A stretch of DNA of 64,000 nt from an uncultured Pseudomonadota bacterium (GTDB taxonomy: Bacteria > Bdellovibrionota_B > Oligoflexia > Oligoflexales > CAIYRB01). The stretch is from the NCBI GenBank assembly GCA_903915625.1, contig CAIWTN010000088.1:81938-145937 (forward strand), in the 5' to 3' direction. The notes beneath the pieces were generated by a model. It had not been told where the DNA came from. It saw only the letters and a program-made list of their open reading frames with translations, and made no database searches. Shown here piece after piece: positions 47,746 to 56,444 of this stretch (its first letter is position 1; each line of letters opens with the position of its first letter). The position numbers and the translations under genes are program-made.

Positions 47746-49206
47746 GTGTTTAAGCCAATCTTCCGTGTCTCATCACTTACCCTGGTCGTGAATATTCTAC
47801 TCTCAAGCATGATTACGCCGAGAGCGAAGGCCGCCAATCCAGAGGCTCCGAATCCACCTCCGAAATTAGATAATCGCTACCAGCCGTTAGAGACTCTGGC
47901 GCGAGGCATGTTCTACCTCGAGACCATGTATGTCGACGAGGACAAGGTTAAGCTAAATGAAATGGCCTCAAATGCGTTGCGAGGCATCATTGAGAAACTG
48001 GATCCACACACTGTCTTACTGCCCAAAAAAGCCTTTGAACAGCTGACCAGCGACACTCAGGGCAAGTTTGGCGGCGTTGGCATCATAGTATCGCAAGAAA
48101 ACAGCAAACTGATTGTAGTATCACCAATTGAAGACACTCCGGCATTCACAGCTGGAGTTAAGTCTGGCGATGAAATCATCGCTGTAGATGGCAAGGAACT
48201 AAAAAAAATAAAAAACACTGATGCAGTAGATTTTATGCGCGGTGAACCTGGTTCTATTTTACGCCTGACCGTACATCGGGAGGGAGTTCCAGAACCCATT
48301 AAGTTCGAGCTCACGCGAGAAATCATCAAAGTTAAATCTGTCCGAGGCGAGTCGCTAGCTAATGGGATCCAATATGCACACATCTCAAGCTTTCAAGAAA
48401 ACACGGGAGAGGAACTAGCGAAGTTTCTAAACTCGCATAAGGGTTCCCTAAAAGGAATGGTCCTCGATTTAAGGGACAATCCGGGCGGGCTTCTCGATCA
48501 AGCCGTGCGAGTTTGTGACCTGTTTATCGACAGCGGAGTCATAGTGTCGACGGTAGGACGCGATCGCTCAAGAGTCGAGCGTGAGTTTGCCTCTAAACGG
48601 GGCGCTTTTGTCGGCTTCCCCTTGGTGGTTTTGGTAAATGGGGGATCAGCTAGCGCTTCTGAAATCGTTGCCGGAGCCCTGCAAGACCATGAACGCGCCG
48701 TCATCATGGGAACAACCACCTTTGGCAAAGGTTCAGTGCAAACTCTAGTATCTTTACCTGACGGATCAGGACTCAAGTTTACGGTCGCTCGCTATTACAC
48801 GCCGCGGGATCGCTCCATCCAAGCGAAGGGAATTACCCCCGATATCTTAGTCACCGCCAGATCGCGTCGCGAACGCGCACAAACGCCGCAGACTGCCGGA
48901 AACCGCCGTCGCGACAATGAAGAAGAAACGAGAAAAGAGTCGGATCTGGAAGGCCATATCACCAGCAATGACTTAAGTGACCTGGCTAAGGAAAGTGAGA
49001 TCGCGGCCATCGTCAAGAAATGGCCGGAGCCACTCCGCACTGACAACCAGTTGGTGACGGCATTTACCTACTTGAAAAGCTGGTCTCGCTTCGAGCAGCA
49101 GCGCAGCAACATGAACTCTGACGAAAAACTTCCACCTAAAGTGATTCTCGATAGCAACGAGACCAACAGCCGCACAGGCTCGTCGCCTGACGGCAAAGAC
49201 GATTGA
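47746..49206 (+). CDS. carboxy-terminal processing (S41, tail-specific) protease
   Basis: A signal peptide is followed by FGGVGI, a PDZ region (AGVKSGDEIIAVDG) and the catalytic region VLVNGGSASASEIVAGALQDH...TFGKGSVQ. Confidence 0.9.
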   Translation: MFKPIFRVSSLTLVVNILLSSMITPRAKAANPEAPNPPPKLDNRYQPLETLARGMFYLETMYVDEDKVKLNEMASNALRGIIEKLDPHTVLLPKKAFEQLTSDTQGKFGGVGIIVSQENSKLIVVSPIEDTPAFTAGVKSGDEIIAVDGKELKKIKNTDAVDFMRGEPGSILRLTVHREGVPEPIKFELTREIIKVKSVRGESLANGIQYAHISSFQENTGEELAKFLNSHKGSLKGMVLDLRDNPGGLLDQAVRVCDLFIDSGVIVSTVGRDRSRVEREFASKRGAFVGFPLVVLVNGGSASASEIVAGALQDHERAVIMGTTTFGKGSVQTLVSLPDGSGLKFTVARYYTPRDRSIQAKGITPDILVTARSRRERAQTPQTAGNRRRDNEEETRKESDLEGHITSNDLSDLAKESEIAAIVKKWPEPLRTDNQLVTAFTYLKSWSRFEQQRSNMNSDEKLPPKVILDSNETNSRTGSSPDGKDD

Positions 49207-49628
49207 AAGTGGATACCCAAAACGCGCTAAGCCCAAGTCATCCGATTATCTTTTTTGACGGTTATTGTGGCCTCTGTAACCACTTCATTGATTGGGTAAT
49301 TCGGCGCGATTCGGGCCACCGCATGCGTTATGCATCTCTGCAAGGCGTCACCGCACAACACATGATCCGTCAGCTTGGGACCTCAGTCCCGGACTCAATC
49401 ATTTTATGGCAAGAAGGGCAGCACCTGGTTCGCTCGGCGGCGGTCGCAGCGATACTAAAATCTTTGGGTGGCCCATGGCGCAGGATCGGCTCTGTCATAG
49501 AACTGATACCAACCGCATTGGCTGACCGCGGCTACGACCTTATAGCTCGAAACCGCTATCGCTGGTTCGGCAAGAAAGACAGGTGCCGCCTACCAAGCCC
49601 TGCTGAACGACACCTATTCCTCGAGTGA
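49203..49628 (+). CDS. DCC-family thiol-disulfide oxidoreductase (DUF393)
   Basis: IIFFDGYCGLCNHFIDWVIRRD is the DxxCxxC signature of the family. The track start is a TTG overlapping the ctp stop (TTGA); the true start is uncertain. Confidence 0.75.
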   Translation: MKVDTQNALSPSHPIIFFDGYCGLCNHFIDWVIRRDSGHRMRYASLQGVTAQHMIRQLGTSVPDSIILWQEGQHLVRSAAVAAILKSLGGPWRRIGSVIELIPTALADRGYDLIARNRYRWFGKKDRCRLPSPAERHLFLE

Positions 49629-49651
49629 AGTAGGTATTCGTAACGCCCAAA

Positions 49652-49969
49652 CTAGCGACTATGAAAGGTCTCATAGGAGCGAAAGGCCACTGTGAAGTGC
49701 TCGTTGATCTGACCTGTCAGCACACTGCGGCGGCGGGACCTGCAGAATGTCAGGTAGTTCTGGAACGCCCGTTCATCATCGAAGCACTTAATTATGTTCT
49801 TACAATGACTACACACCATCATCGGATTGAACCGCACGTGCTCTTTTATAGTCGCGATGCAACAATTGGGAATATTATTAACAACAGTACTAACAACTAG
49901 GAGAGCCTGGTCGTCGTCGGCTGAGTTTTTAGGAGGCGTAGCGATCGCCTCTTGGCTATCGTCGACCAT
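49652..49969 (-). CDS. hypothetical Cys-rich small protein
   Basis: 105 aa, 28 nt downstream of lipB on the same strand. Cysteine clusters: NCC, CSHC-x5-C and a further C in FCRS. No family was recognised. Confidence 0.4.
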   Translation of the reverse strand: MVDDSQEAIATPPKNSADDDQALLVVSTVVNNIPNCCIATIKEHVRFNPMMVCSHCKNIIKCFDDERAFQNYLTFCRSRRRSVLTGQINEHFTVAFRSYETFHSR

Positions 49970-49997
49970 GCCATCTCCGCGGATTTTCCCTTGAAAT

Positions 49998-50714
49998 CTA
50001 TAATTTAAATTCTAAAGAGTCTTTGCCGCTATTGCAAGCAATCGGCTCATATAACCAAGGTATGGAGGGCAATAAAAGCCTACTTAGTTCCTCAGTCAAA
50101 ACTGGTCTTACCATGGACGTACCTATGGTTCGAGCAATCATTTCACTGATGGTGGTGACGCCCCGCCCAGCAATTCCACAAGGGACAATTTCCCTGAATA
50201 AATCTAATGAATTTGACACATTCAAGGCCAATCCATGCATGCTAGTGCGATCCTTGATGCGCACCCCTAAGGCACAAATCTTGGCATTTTCCACCCAAAC
50301 TCCTGGATAGTCAGGGTCGGTACCTGCGCTGATGCCAATTCGTGACAGCGTATTTATGACCGCTTCTTCTAACAAAGCCACAAACCGCTTCGGTGTGATC
50401 TTAGAATCAGCTAGCTTTACGATCGGATAGGCGACTAATTGTCCGGGCATGTGCGCGGTCACCTCACCTCCACGATCGGTCCTGACCACAGCTACATTTT
50501 TTGCCCTGAAATAATCTTCAGTAAACCGAAGATTGACCTCGTCTGCGTGTTTTCCCATAGTAATTACGGAGGGATGCTCCACCAAGATTAAGGTCGGACC
50601 TTGCTCGCTTTTGGCAACTTTTGCATGAATCGCCAACTGCAAAGCCAGAGCCTCGTGGTAATCCAGCATTCCAACATTAATAAACTGCGGATCTAAAACG
50701 CAGCCGACTGACAC
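49998..50714 (-). CDS. lipB: lipoyl(octanoyl) transferase
   Basis: ILVEHPSVITMG, RGGEVTAHMPGQLVAYPI and KICALGVRI...HGLALNV are present. Confidence 0.92.
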   Translation of the reverse strand: MSVGCVLDPQFINVGMLDYHEALALQLAIHAKVAKSEQGPTLILVEHPSVITMGKHADEVNLRFTEDYFRAKNVAVVRTDRGGEVTAHMPGQLVAYPIVKLADSKITPKRFVALLEEAVINTLSRIGISAGTDPDYPGVWVENAKICALGVRIKDRTSMHGLALNVSNSLDLFREIVPCGIAGRGVTTISEMIARTIGTSMVRPVLTEELSRLLLPSIPWLYEPIACNSGKDSLEFKL

Positions 50715-51325
50715 AAAAACTCCACAGCTTCAACGCGGCTGAGGGCCTCCAGGGGACTGTCGCCCCAGGCATAGACCCCATGACCCGCCAATATAATCAA
50801 CGGAACATCTTTAATTAAGCTACCTACCAGCTCAGTAGCGAGTTGGGGCATGGCGTCCGGTGTGTAATTTTTGATAACCGGCAAACGCAGTTCCTGCAAG
50901 TGATTGATGCTCCCAAGCGGCTTCTGCATCTCAGCGCCACGAATCACCAGATCTAGACAATCTCGACTACGAGCAACAAGGCCTGGAGGGTGGGCGTGGA
51001 CCACACAACGCGCTTCAGCAACGGCTCGGTAAACCCCAAGATGTACTGGCATCTCCAGAGATGGCAGCCGGACCGATGGCTCCACGGGGTGACCCGACTC
51101 GATATCAACAGCAACAAAGGCATCCGAACTTAGTTGCGATTTGCTGAGTCCACTGGGGCTCTGCCAGATCAACCCACGACTGCCCCTAAGCGAGAAATTA
51201 CCCGCCGTGCCGGCACACCAACCCCGTGAATAGCAGACCCTAGCGACATCGATAAGCTCAGTTATCAACACTTTTTCAAGCAGCGAAGGACTAGGAAAAG
51301 GGTTTGATATCGAGATCTTAGACAC
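50693..51325 (-). CDS. class II aldolase/adducin-domain protein (methylthioribulose-1-phosphate dehydratase-like)
   Basis: RGWCAGTAGNFSLR near the N-terminus, plus the His cluster VHAHPP and GHGVYAWG. Confidence 0.65.
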   Translation of the reverse strand: MSKISISNPFPSPSLLEKVLITELIDVARVCYSRGWCAGTAGNFSLRGSRGLIWQSPSGLSKSQLSSDAFVAVDIESGHPVEPSVRLPSLEMPVHLGVYRAVAEARCVVHAHPPGLVARSRDCLDLVIRGAEMQKPLGSINHLQELRLPVIKNYTPDAMPQLATELVGSLIKDVPLIILAGHGVYAWGDSPLEALSRVEAVEFLCQSAAF

Positions 51326-51979
51326 TCATGTTTCCAGGCTAAAAAGACTTGGGTCACCCGCGCCGGGACGCACAATAGTGGGATGGCCAGAGGTTAGATC
51401 CACGATTGTGGACTCGAGTCCAGGTAGCTCACCACCTAAATCAAGCACTAGGTCAATCGCATGGCCGTAAGTTTCGAAAACCTCGTAGCCAAACTTCGGG
51501 GGCTGAGCCACAGCTCCCTGCGGCAGCTTCAAGTTGATAGTAGGCACCGACGTTGTCGCAATAGGCTGACCGAATCTCTCGACAATAGTCCGCAAAAGAT
51601 TGCTCGTTGGAATACGGATGCCAACAACACGTCGTTTATCTTTCAGCTGACGTGGCAATTGCCGCGTCGCATTAAGCAGCACAGTGAATGGGCCCGGCCA
51701 TGCTTTACGCAAAAGCCTATAGGAAGCATTATCGATAACGGCATATTCGGCCGCCATAGATATCGAACTGCAAAGTAGACTAAATGGCAGCTCGCGGGGG
51801 TGTGTGGGCTTTAACATGTAAATACGGTCTAGAGCCTTAGCACTTGCGGCATCACAACCAAATGCCCAGTTCAAATCGTTTGGGTAAGCAAGTACACCGG
51901 AATCCGAAAGAATTCGAACGGCGCGACTGACATCACGCTCTGCCGGTGGATCATCGTAAGTGTAAAGATGCATACCCAT
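51326..51979 (-). CDS. tsaC: L-threonylcarbamoyladenylate synthase (YrdC/TsaC family)
   Basis: The YrdC domain reads LAYPNDLNWAFGCD...KAWPGPFTVLL...VGIRIP...PIATTSVP. Confidence 0.85.
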   Translation of the reverse strand: MGMHLYTYDDPPAERDVSRAVRILSDSGVLAYPNDLNWAFGCDAASAKALDRIYMLKPTHPRELPFSLLCSSISMAAEYAVIDNASYRLLRKAWPGPFTVLLNATRQLPRQLKDKRRVVGIRIPTSNLLRTIVERFGQPIATTSVPTINLKLPQGAVAQPPKFGYEVFETYGHAIDLVLDLGGELPGLESTIVDLTSGHPTIVRPGAGDPSLFSLET

Positions 51980-51984
51980 GGTAA

Positions 51985-52557
51985 TTACGGCTTGTTGCTA
52001 CGAATTAAACTGAAAAACTCATTCCGCGTTTCGAGATTTTGAAAGGACCCTCGCATAGAACTAGTTGTAGTAAACGAGTTCTGCTTTCCGACCCCTCTCA
52101 TCATCATACACAAATGGTAGGCCTCTACCACTACACCTACGCCCAAAGGCTTGAGATAATGCTCGATCGCCTCAGATATCTGGTGCGTAAGCCTCTCTTG
52201 AACTTGCAAACGACGAGAGAAGATGTCCACTACCCTGGGCAGCTTTGACAGGCCAACAACTTTGTCTCTCGGAATATATCCCACATGACAACGACCATAA
52301 AATGGCAGCATGTGGTGTTCACACATACTGTAAATCTCGATGTCTCTAACAACGACCATATCTTGATAATCAACGTCAAATAGTGCTCCGGTCAAAACAC
52401 TTTCAACGTCGTGTTTATAGCCCGAAGTAAGGAACTGCAAGGAGCTCAATACTCTACTAGGAGTCTTTAAAAGACCGTCACGTTCTGGATCCTCACCAAG
52501 CGCGGCGAGTAACTCTTTCAACTTCTCGCTATGGTACTGATAGCTCGCATTTTCCAT
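51985..52557 (-). CDS. folE: GTP cyclohydrolase I
   Basis: [13 protein letters not shown] and [13 protein letters not shown]...HLCMMMRGV are present. Confidence 0.95.
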   Translation of the reverse strand: MENASYQYHSEKLKELLAALGEDPERDGLLKTPSRVLSSLQFLTSGYKHDVESVLTGALFDVDYQDMVVVRDIEIYSMCEHHMLPFYGRCHVGYIPRDKVVGLSKLPRVVDIFSRRLQVQERLTHQISEAIEHYLKPLGVGVVVEAYHLCMMMRGVGKQNSFTTTSSMRGSFQNLETRNEFFSLIRSNKP

Positions 52558-52650
52558 GGGAGTTCCCTATAAAGTTTTCAGGAATCCCTTATAGGTGTCC
52601 GGGTGGCCCAAGGCAAGATTAATACCTGACAGAACTACTTGGATTTACTT

Positions 52651-53103
52651 ATGAGAGCCGTACTGCAGCGAGTCTTGAAAGCTCACGTAGTTGTTGAGCA
52701 AAGTGAAATCGGTACTATTGGAGCCGGCTGGTTAGTGCTCCTCGGGGTGGGCCCAAGTGACAGCCTGCGCGATGTCAGCTACCTTGCCGACAAGATCCTC
52801 AATTTAAGGGCATTTGAGGATACCAACGGCAAAATGAACCATAGCGTGCTCGACAATGGTGGGGACATTCTGGTGGTTAGCCAGTTCACCTTATATGCCG
52901 ACTGCCGAAAGGGCAGGCGGCCAAGCTTTATCGGCGCGGCACCACCACAGCTGGCAGAGCCGCTATATGACAAATTTGTCGATCACCTGCGTCAATCAGG
53001 CCTAAAAGTTGCCACTGGCCGATTCCAGGCAGATATGAAGGTGACTCTAGTCAATGACGGACCTGTAACGATCATCATCGACTCACCCCACGATGCCGTG
53101 TAG
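52651..53103 (+). CDS. dtd: D-aminoacyl-tRNA deacylase
   Basis: MRAVLQRV..., VSQFTLYAD...GRRPSF and the C-terminal NDGPVTIII are present. The ATG at 52651 is preferred over the TTG at 52639. Confidence 0.93.
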   Translation: MRAVLQRVLKAHVVVEQSEIGTIGAGWLVLLGVGPSDSLRDVSYLADKILNLRAFEDTNGKMNHSVLDNGGDILVVSQFTLYADCRKGRRPSFIGAAPPQLAEPLYDKFVDHLRQSGLKVATGRFQADMKVTLVNDGPVTIIIDSPHDAV

Positions 53104-53112
53104 CGGCCTCCG

Positions 53113-54435
53113 TCAGCCTTTTTGGCTAGCTAAGTCACTGTCAATATTAGCATCTTCCTCGATGCCGATTTTCTGATAGAAGAGTTCATCGATGGTCTTT
53201 TTGATAAGAATCCACAGCAACTCACGATCGTTGCAACGGGCAAATACCCCAAGAGGAATTTGGAATCCCCCTTTATCTTTGCGACCACCGCCGTAGTACT
53301 TACCTGCCTCGTCGGCACCAAAGACGTCTTTCAGCCATTTGTCAGGATCAAGGGTGTGCGACTTGGTCCGCAATGACCCATCAATGAATTGATTACCAAC
53401 GACACCGTAAACCACAACGGTATCTATCCCCTCGCGATGCAAGAGGTAGTCCGCACACTGACCAATGCCATCACGATCTTCGTCGCGAACAAAACCCACG
53501 CCCGAGAACATAAATGTCCCGCGGATGTCCTTCCGTTGCAGGGCGACTTGCGTCAGGTCCATCGTTTTCGCTGGAATAGACTGATGGGAGATCAAAGATA
53601 ACAGATCTTTATCAACAAATTGAGCAAAGTACTCACTCGCTCGGTAGTCGATAGGCTGAGCATTCACAAAGTTGTCAGTATCGCTGCGGATTCCGTGCAT
53701 GAGCGCAGTTGCAATACGGCTTTCTTCCGCAGAATTGCCGCGAAAGTTAATGGGCCCCTCAATCAGATACTCTCCGTAAATTCCCGATGTCGATCCCGAA
53801 GTTTCTCTAATGTCGACAAAATCACCATCAACTGTGCCCAGTGGCTTGTGGTGGTCGATGAAACAAAGCAACCGACAATTTGGCGAAAGTTTAATCGGCA
53901 AATCAGGGCTCTGAGAGTCATTGACGGCGTAGTAGTCAAAGCCAGACACGTCAAAGTTGTTTTCATACTCGACCATGTCGAGGTCGAGTTTCTTCACTAA
54001 TGCCTTGTTCTCATGGTGCGATATGGCTTCAAAGTGAACAATAGTCGTGTCGACATCATAGTGTCTAGCCAGCCATTGCAGGCACAGTGATGTGCCGATA
54101 TTGTCTGGATCAGGGTAACCTTTGATGCAAATCAGTAGGCGCTTACCGCGAGCTTTCGCTAAGGCAGCATGCAGCTTATATGCGGGAGTGTCGTGAATAT
54201 CTTGCTCTTCGAAGTCGCCATCACCCTGATGCACCTGCTGCACTGGCTGATTGAGCATTGAACTGCGTGAAACACCGCGAACGGCATTGGACGCAGGACT
54301 ACTCGGCCGAGTTGGTGCCACAGGTACAGCCGCTTTGACAGAGGCTTTGACCACTGGATTCATCGATTTAGATTTGTCTTCACTTTTAGGCTTCAAGTGT
54401 TTCCACCCCGTAAAGCTGTCGACCTGCTTGTCCAC
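53113..54435 (-). CDS. DHH/DHHA1-family phosphoesterase (NrnA-like) with about 100-aa low-complexity N-extension
   Basis: Motifs in order: GYPDPDNIGT (DxD), FIDHHKP (DHH), GIRSDTDNF and the DHHA1 glycine motif YGGGRKDKGG. Confidence 0.75.
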   Translation of the reverse strand: MDKQVDSFTGWKHLKPKSEDKSKSMNPVVKASVKAAVPVAPTRPSSPASNAVRGVSRSSMLNQPVQQVHQGDGDFEEQDIHDTPAYKLHAALAKARGKRLLICIKGYPDPDNIGTSLCLQWLARHYDVDTTIVHFEAISHHENKALVKKLDLDMVEYENNFDVSGFDYYAVNDSQSPDLPIKLSPNCRLLCFIDHHKPLGTVDGDFVDIRETSGSTSGIYGEYLIEGPINFRGNSAEESRIATALMHGIRSDTDNFVNAQPIDYRASEYFAQFVDKDLLSLISHQSIPAKTMDLTQVALQRKDIRGTFMFSGVGFVRDEDRDGIGQCADYLLHREGIDTVVVYGVVGNQFIDGSLRTKSHTLDPDKWLKDVFGADEAGKYYGGGRKDKGGFQIPLGVFARCNDRELLWILIKKTIDELFYQKIGIEEDANIDSDLASQKG

Positions 54436-54473
54436 TGTAACGTAGGTCGGCCGTTCCGCTATAATTCCTTAAT

Positions 54474-54510
54474 TTTACCATAGATTTATTGGTGCTGGGA
54501 TTATGGTAAA
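54474..54510. repeat. perfect 9-bp inverted repeat TTTACCATA-N19-TATGGTAAA
   Basis: I read it directly: 54474-54482 and 54502-54510 are exact reverse complements. It lies 39-75 nt upstream of the DHH gene start (54435) in an AT-rich gap. Its function (operator or hairpin) is unknown. Confidence 0.6.
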
Positions 54511-54533
54511 TCCACAAAATTAAAGCCAACCCA

Positions 54534-54827
54534 TCAAAACAACTGAGTAATTTTGAGCATCGCACGAATGATCAAAGTGATGGCACCGACAAATACCGAG
54601 ACCACCCCCAGAGCAAATCCATTAAGAATCCAAGGACTGGATGGCGCCCCCAACAAAGCTCCGACCAACCAAAAATTACCCATTAGTATCAATATGATAA
54701 AACCAACCGCCGAAATTCTAGCGGGCGACGATCGCAGCCAATCAGGCCGCTGAGTCAAGCATTCGATTCCGGGCTCAGATATTTGTGCCGCCACTGAGCT
54801 ACATGTGTCGCGCTGATTGTTAGCCAT
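54534..54827 (-). CDS. small membrane protein, hypothetical
   Basis: 97-aa ORF with two hydrophobic segments in the C-half. It overlaps the upstream gene by 73 nt, so an internal start (MGNFWLV...) is possible. Confidence 0.4.
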   Translation of the reverse strand: MANNQRDTCSSVAAQISEPGIECLTQRPDWLRSSPARISAVGFIILILMGNFWLVGALLGAPSSPWILNGFALGVVSVFVGAITLIIRAMLKITQLF

Positions 54828-55411
54828 AGGCCATTACCTAACTCCGGAGTCTCGGCAAAAAAAGTTTCAGGCGGAAGGCCCTCGGCCATCATTTGCCAAA
54901 GGCGCATGCTTCCCTGATGGCCTACCACGCCGATGTCGGAGTCGTCATCCTGATAAGACAAGATGTCCAGAGCTAAAGCCGAAACCCGATCACACATTTC
55001 TCGGAAAGACTCACCCTCCGGAAAACGCAGACGCATGGGCTCCCGCATGCAGGTCTCATAAGACCTTTGGAAGTCATAAGGTAACTCTTCCCAGGTCAAG
55101 TTCTCATAGATACCAAAATTTATTTCCCTCAACTTTTCCGTAATCCTGACAACCGGAGCCTGAGTTCCAGCTGTCAAAATCTCAAAAGTCTCGACCGCAC
55201 GGCGACGATCAGAAACATACCAAATACGAGGTAAGCTTTGAGCCGATACGCTTATGTCCTGATGGCATGTCAAAATTTGCTGACGCCCCTCGGGGGAAAG
55301 GGGCGGGTCAGTCCAACCGCAAAAACGATCGGCAAGTCCGCGCGTGGACTTACCGCTCATGACGATAAAACAACGACGGTTGATTGCTGAGTTCATCCCT
55401 CGGATCCTCAT
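54755..55411 (-). CDS. histidine-phosphatase-superfamily (CobC/PGM-like) protein lacking the RHG nucleophile motif
   Basis: It is collinear with branch-1 histidine phosphatases: GWTDPPLSPEGRQQ, SDRRRAVET, EINFG and VVGHQGSM. The N-terminal RHGE(T/S) position reads IVMSGKST. Confidence 0.7.
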   Translation of the reverse strand: MRIRGMNSAINRRCFIVMSGKSTRGLADRFCGWTDPPLSPEGRQQILTCHQDISVSAQSLPRIWYVSDRRRAVETFEILTAGTQAPVVRITEKLREINFGIYENLTWEELPYDFQRSYETCMREPMRLRFPEGESFREMCDRVSALALDILSYQDDDSDIGVVGHQGSMRLWQMMAEGLPPETFFAETPELGNGLWLTISATHVAQWRHKYLSPESNA

Positions 55412-55473
55412 TTTAACTGAAAAACAATCGAGGCGTGGTCAACTAGGTCCATCCACAAGGCCCGATCACGCAT

Positions 55474-56073
55474 TTGACTTCATCCAATTTTTGCCACAAA
55501 ATCTCAATAAGATTAACTAAAATGGAGGCGCTTCACATGTTACCAGCTTTGCGCTCAGCATTGTTAGTATTTGCCAGTCTCTGCTCCGTCAATTCCGCAG
55601 CGGCGGCTCAACCCAAAATAGGCGACAAACTACCAACGGTAGTATTGGGCGGTGATCTAGGGGCTAAAGTCGACGGGACACCCTGGTCCAGCGAGACGAT
55701 TAAAGATCGCACTTGGATTTTATTTTACATTTCACCAAGCCATCGGGACGAAAACGAGTCATTCAAGGATGCTCTGAACGCGGCCAAATTCCCTCGCGAC
55801 AAGGTAGCCTCGGTAGCGGTGATCAATATGGCATCGTCCTGGGTACCGAACATGATCATCGAGAGCTCGCTGAAGACGAATCAGCAAAAGTTCCCTTTTG
55901 TGACCTACGTAAAAGACCTACAAAAAATCTTAGTTAAAGAATGGAAGCTCAATGATGACGCCTTTGACGTAGTCATCTTTGATAAAACAGGGAAAGTGTT
56001 GGCGCATTATAGTGGTGAGATCACACCCAAAGAGACCGAGGACACGCTTAATTTAATTAAGCGCACCCTATGA
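55474..56073 (+). CDS. YtfJ-family periplasmic protein
   Basis: It is collinear with E. coli YtfJ as I recall it: ...W.S..L.. , AKFPRDKVASVAVIN (compare AKLPHDRYQTTTIVN), and VVIFDKTGKVLAHYSGEITPKE (compare VVVLDKDGRVQWAKDGALTPEE). The likely start is MLPALRS... at about 55537, followed by a signal peptide. Confidence 0.7.
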   Translation: MTSSNFCHKISIRLTKMEALHMLPALRSALLVFASLCSVNSAAAAQPKIGDKLPTVVLGGDLGAKVDGTPWSSETIKDRTWILFYISPSHRDENESFKDALNAAKFPRDKVASVAVINMASSWVPNMIIESSLKTNQQKFPFVTYVKDLQKILVKEWKLNDDAFDVVIFDKTGKVLAHYSGEITPKETEDTLNLIKRTL

Positions 56074-56122
56074 TCACGTCAAAAAAATTTCAAAAGACTT
56101 TTAACGGGTCTCTAACAGTCGG

Positions 56123-56410
56123 CTAGCGACCTGTGATAAGCGACTTTGTGCCACCGATCACCCGACCGAGCAACTTAAACAGCAAGTTCGCCAGCTCGAG
56201 TGCAGCCACCATCGCCGCCCCTAATAGCGCCCAAAGCGCCACTATCGGGAGTACGGCAAAACCGACTAGTGACAGCACATGGTCCTTACCGGTGATATCA
56301 TTCCGACGCCAGCGTGCAAAGTCATCCTCACATGAGATTTGTCGCTCCTGCTGACGGGACTTATCCCGCTGAGACTTGAATTCATCGTTAGTCACGATAA
56401 CTTGCGACAA
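56123..56410 (-). CDS. small membrane protein, hypothetical
   Basis: 95 aa with a charged N-half and a single long hydrophobic stretch (LSLVGFAVLPIVALWALLGAAMVAAL). It lies 34 nt downstream of the beta-barrel gene. Confidence 0.45.
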   Translation of the reverse strand: MSQVIVTNDEFKSQRDKSRQQERQISCEDDFARWRRNDITGKDHVLSLVGFAVLPIVALWALLGAAMVAALELANLLFKLLGRVIGGTKSLITGR

Positions 56411-56444
56411 AACTATCCCCCTCTCTTTGATCTCACAAACTGTC

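Noticed and set aside
52558-52650. Possible preQ1 or THF riboswitch in the folE 5' leader
   Set aside because: folE can belong to queuosine regulons, and the leader has a 7-bp inverted repeat (CCTATAA...TTATAGG) followed by an A-rich stretch near the SD. However, the preQ1-I consensus (short hairpin plus an AAAAAACTA-type tail) and THF features are not recognisable. It is left as an ordinary leader.
55340-55375. Out-of-frame 'YRHER' reading across the missing RHG site of the histidine-phosphatase homologue
   Set aside because: The alternative frame hits a stop codon immediately after RHER, and it is not continuous with the conserved GWTDPPLSPEGRQQ segment. A simple frameshift therefore cannot restore a canonical RHGE motif, and the match is treated as coincidence.
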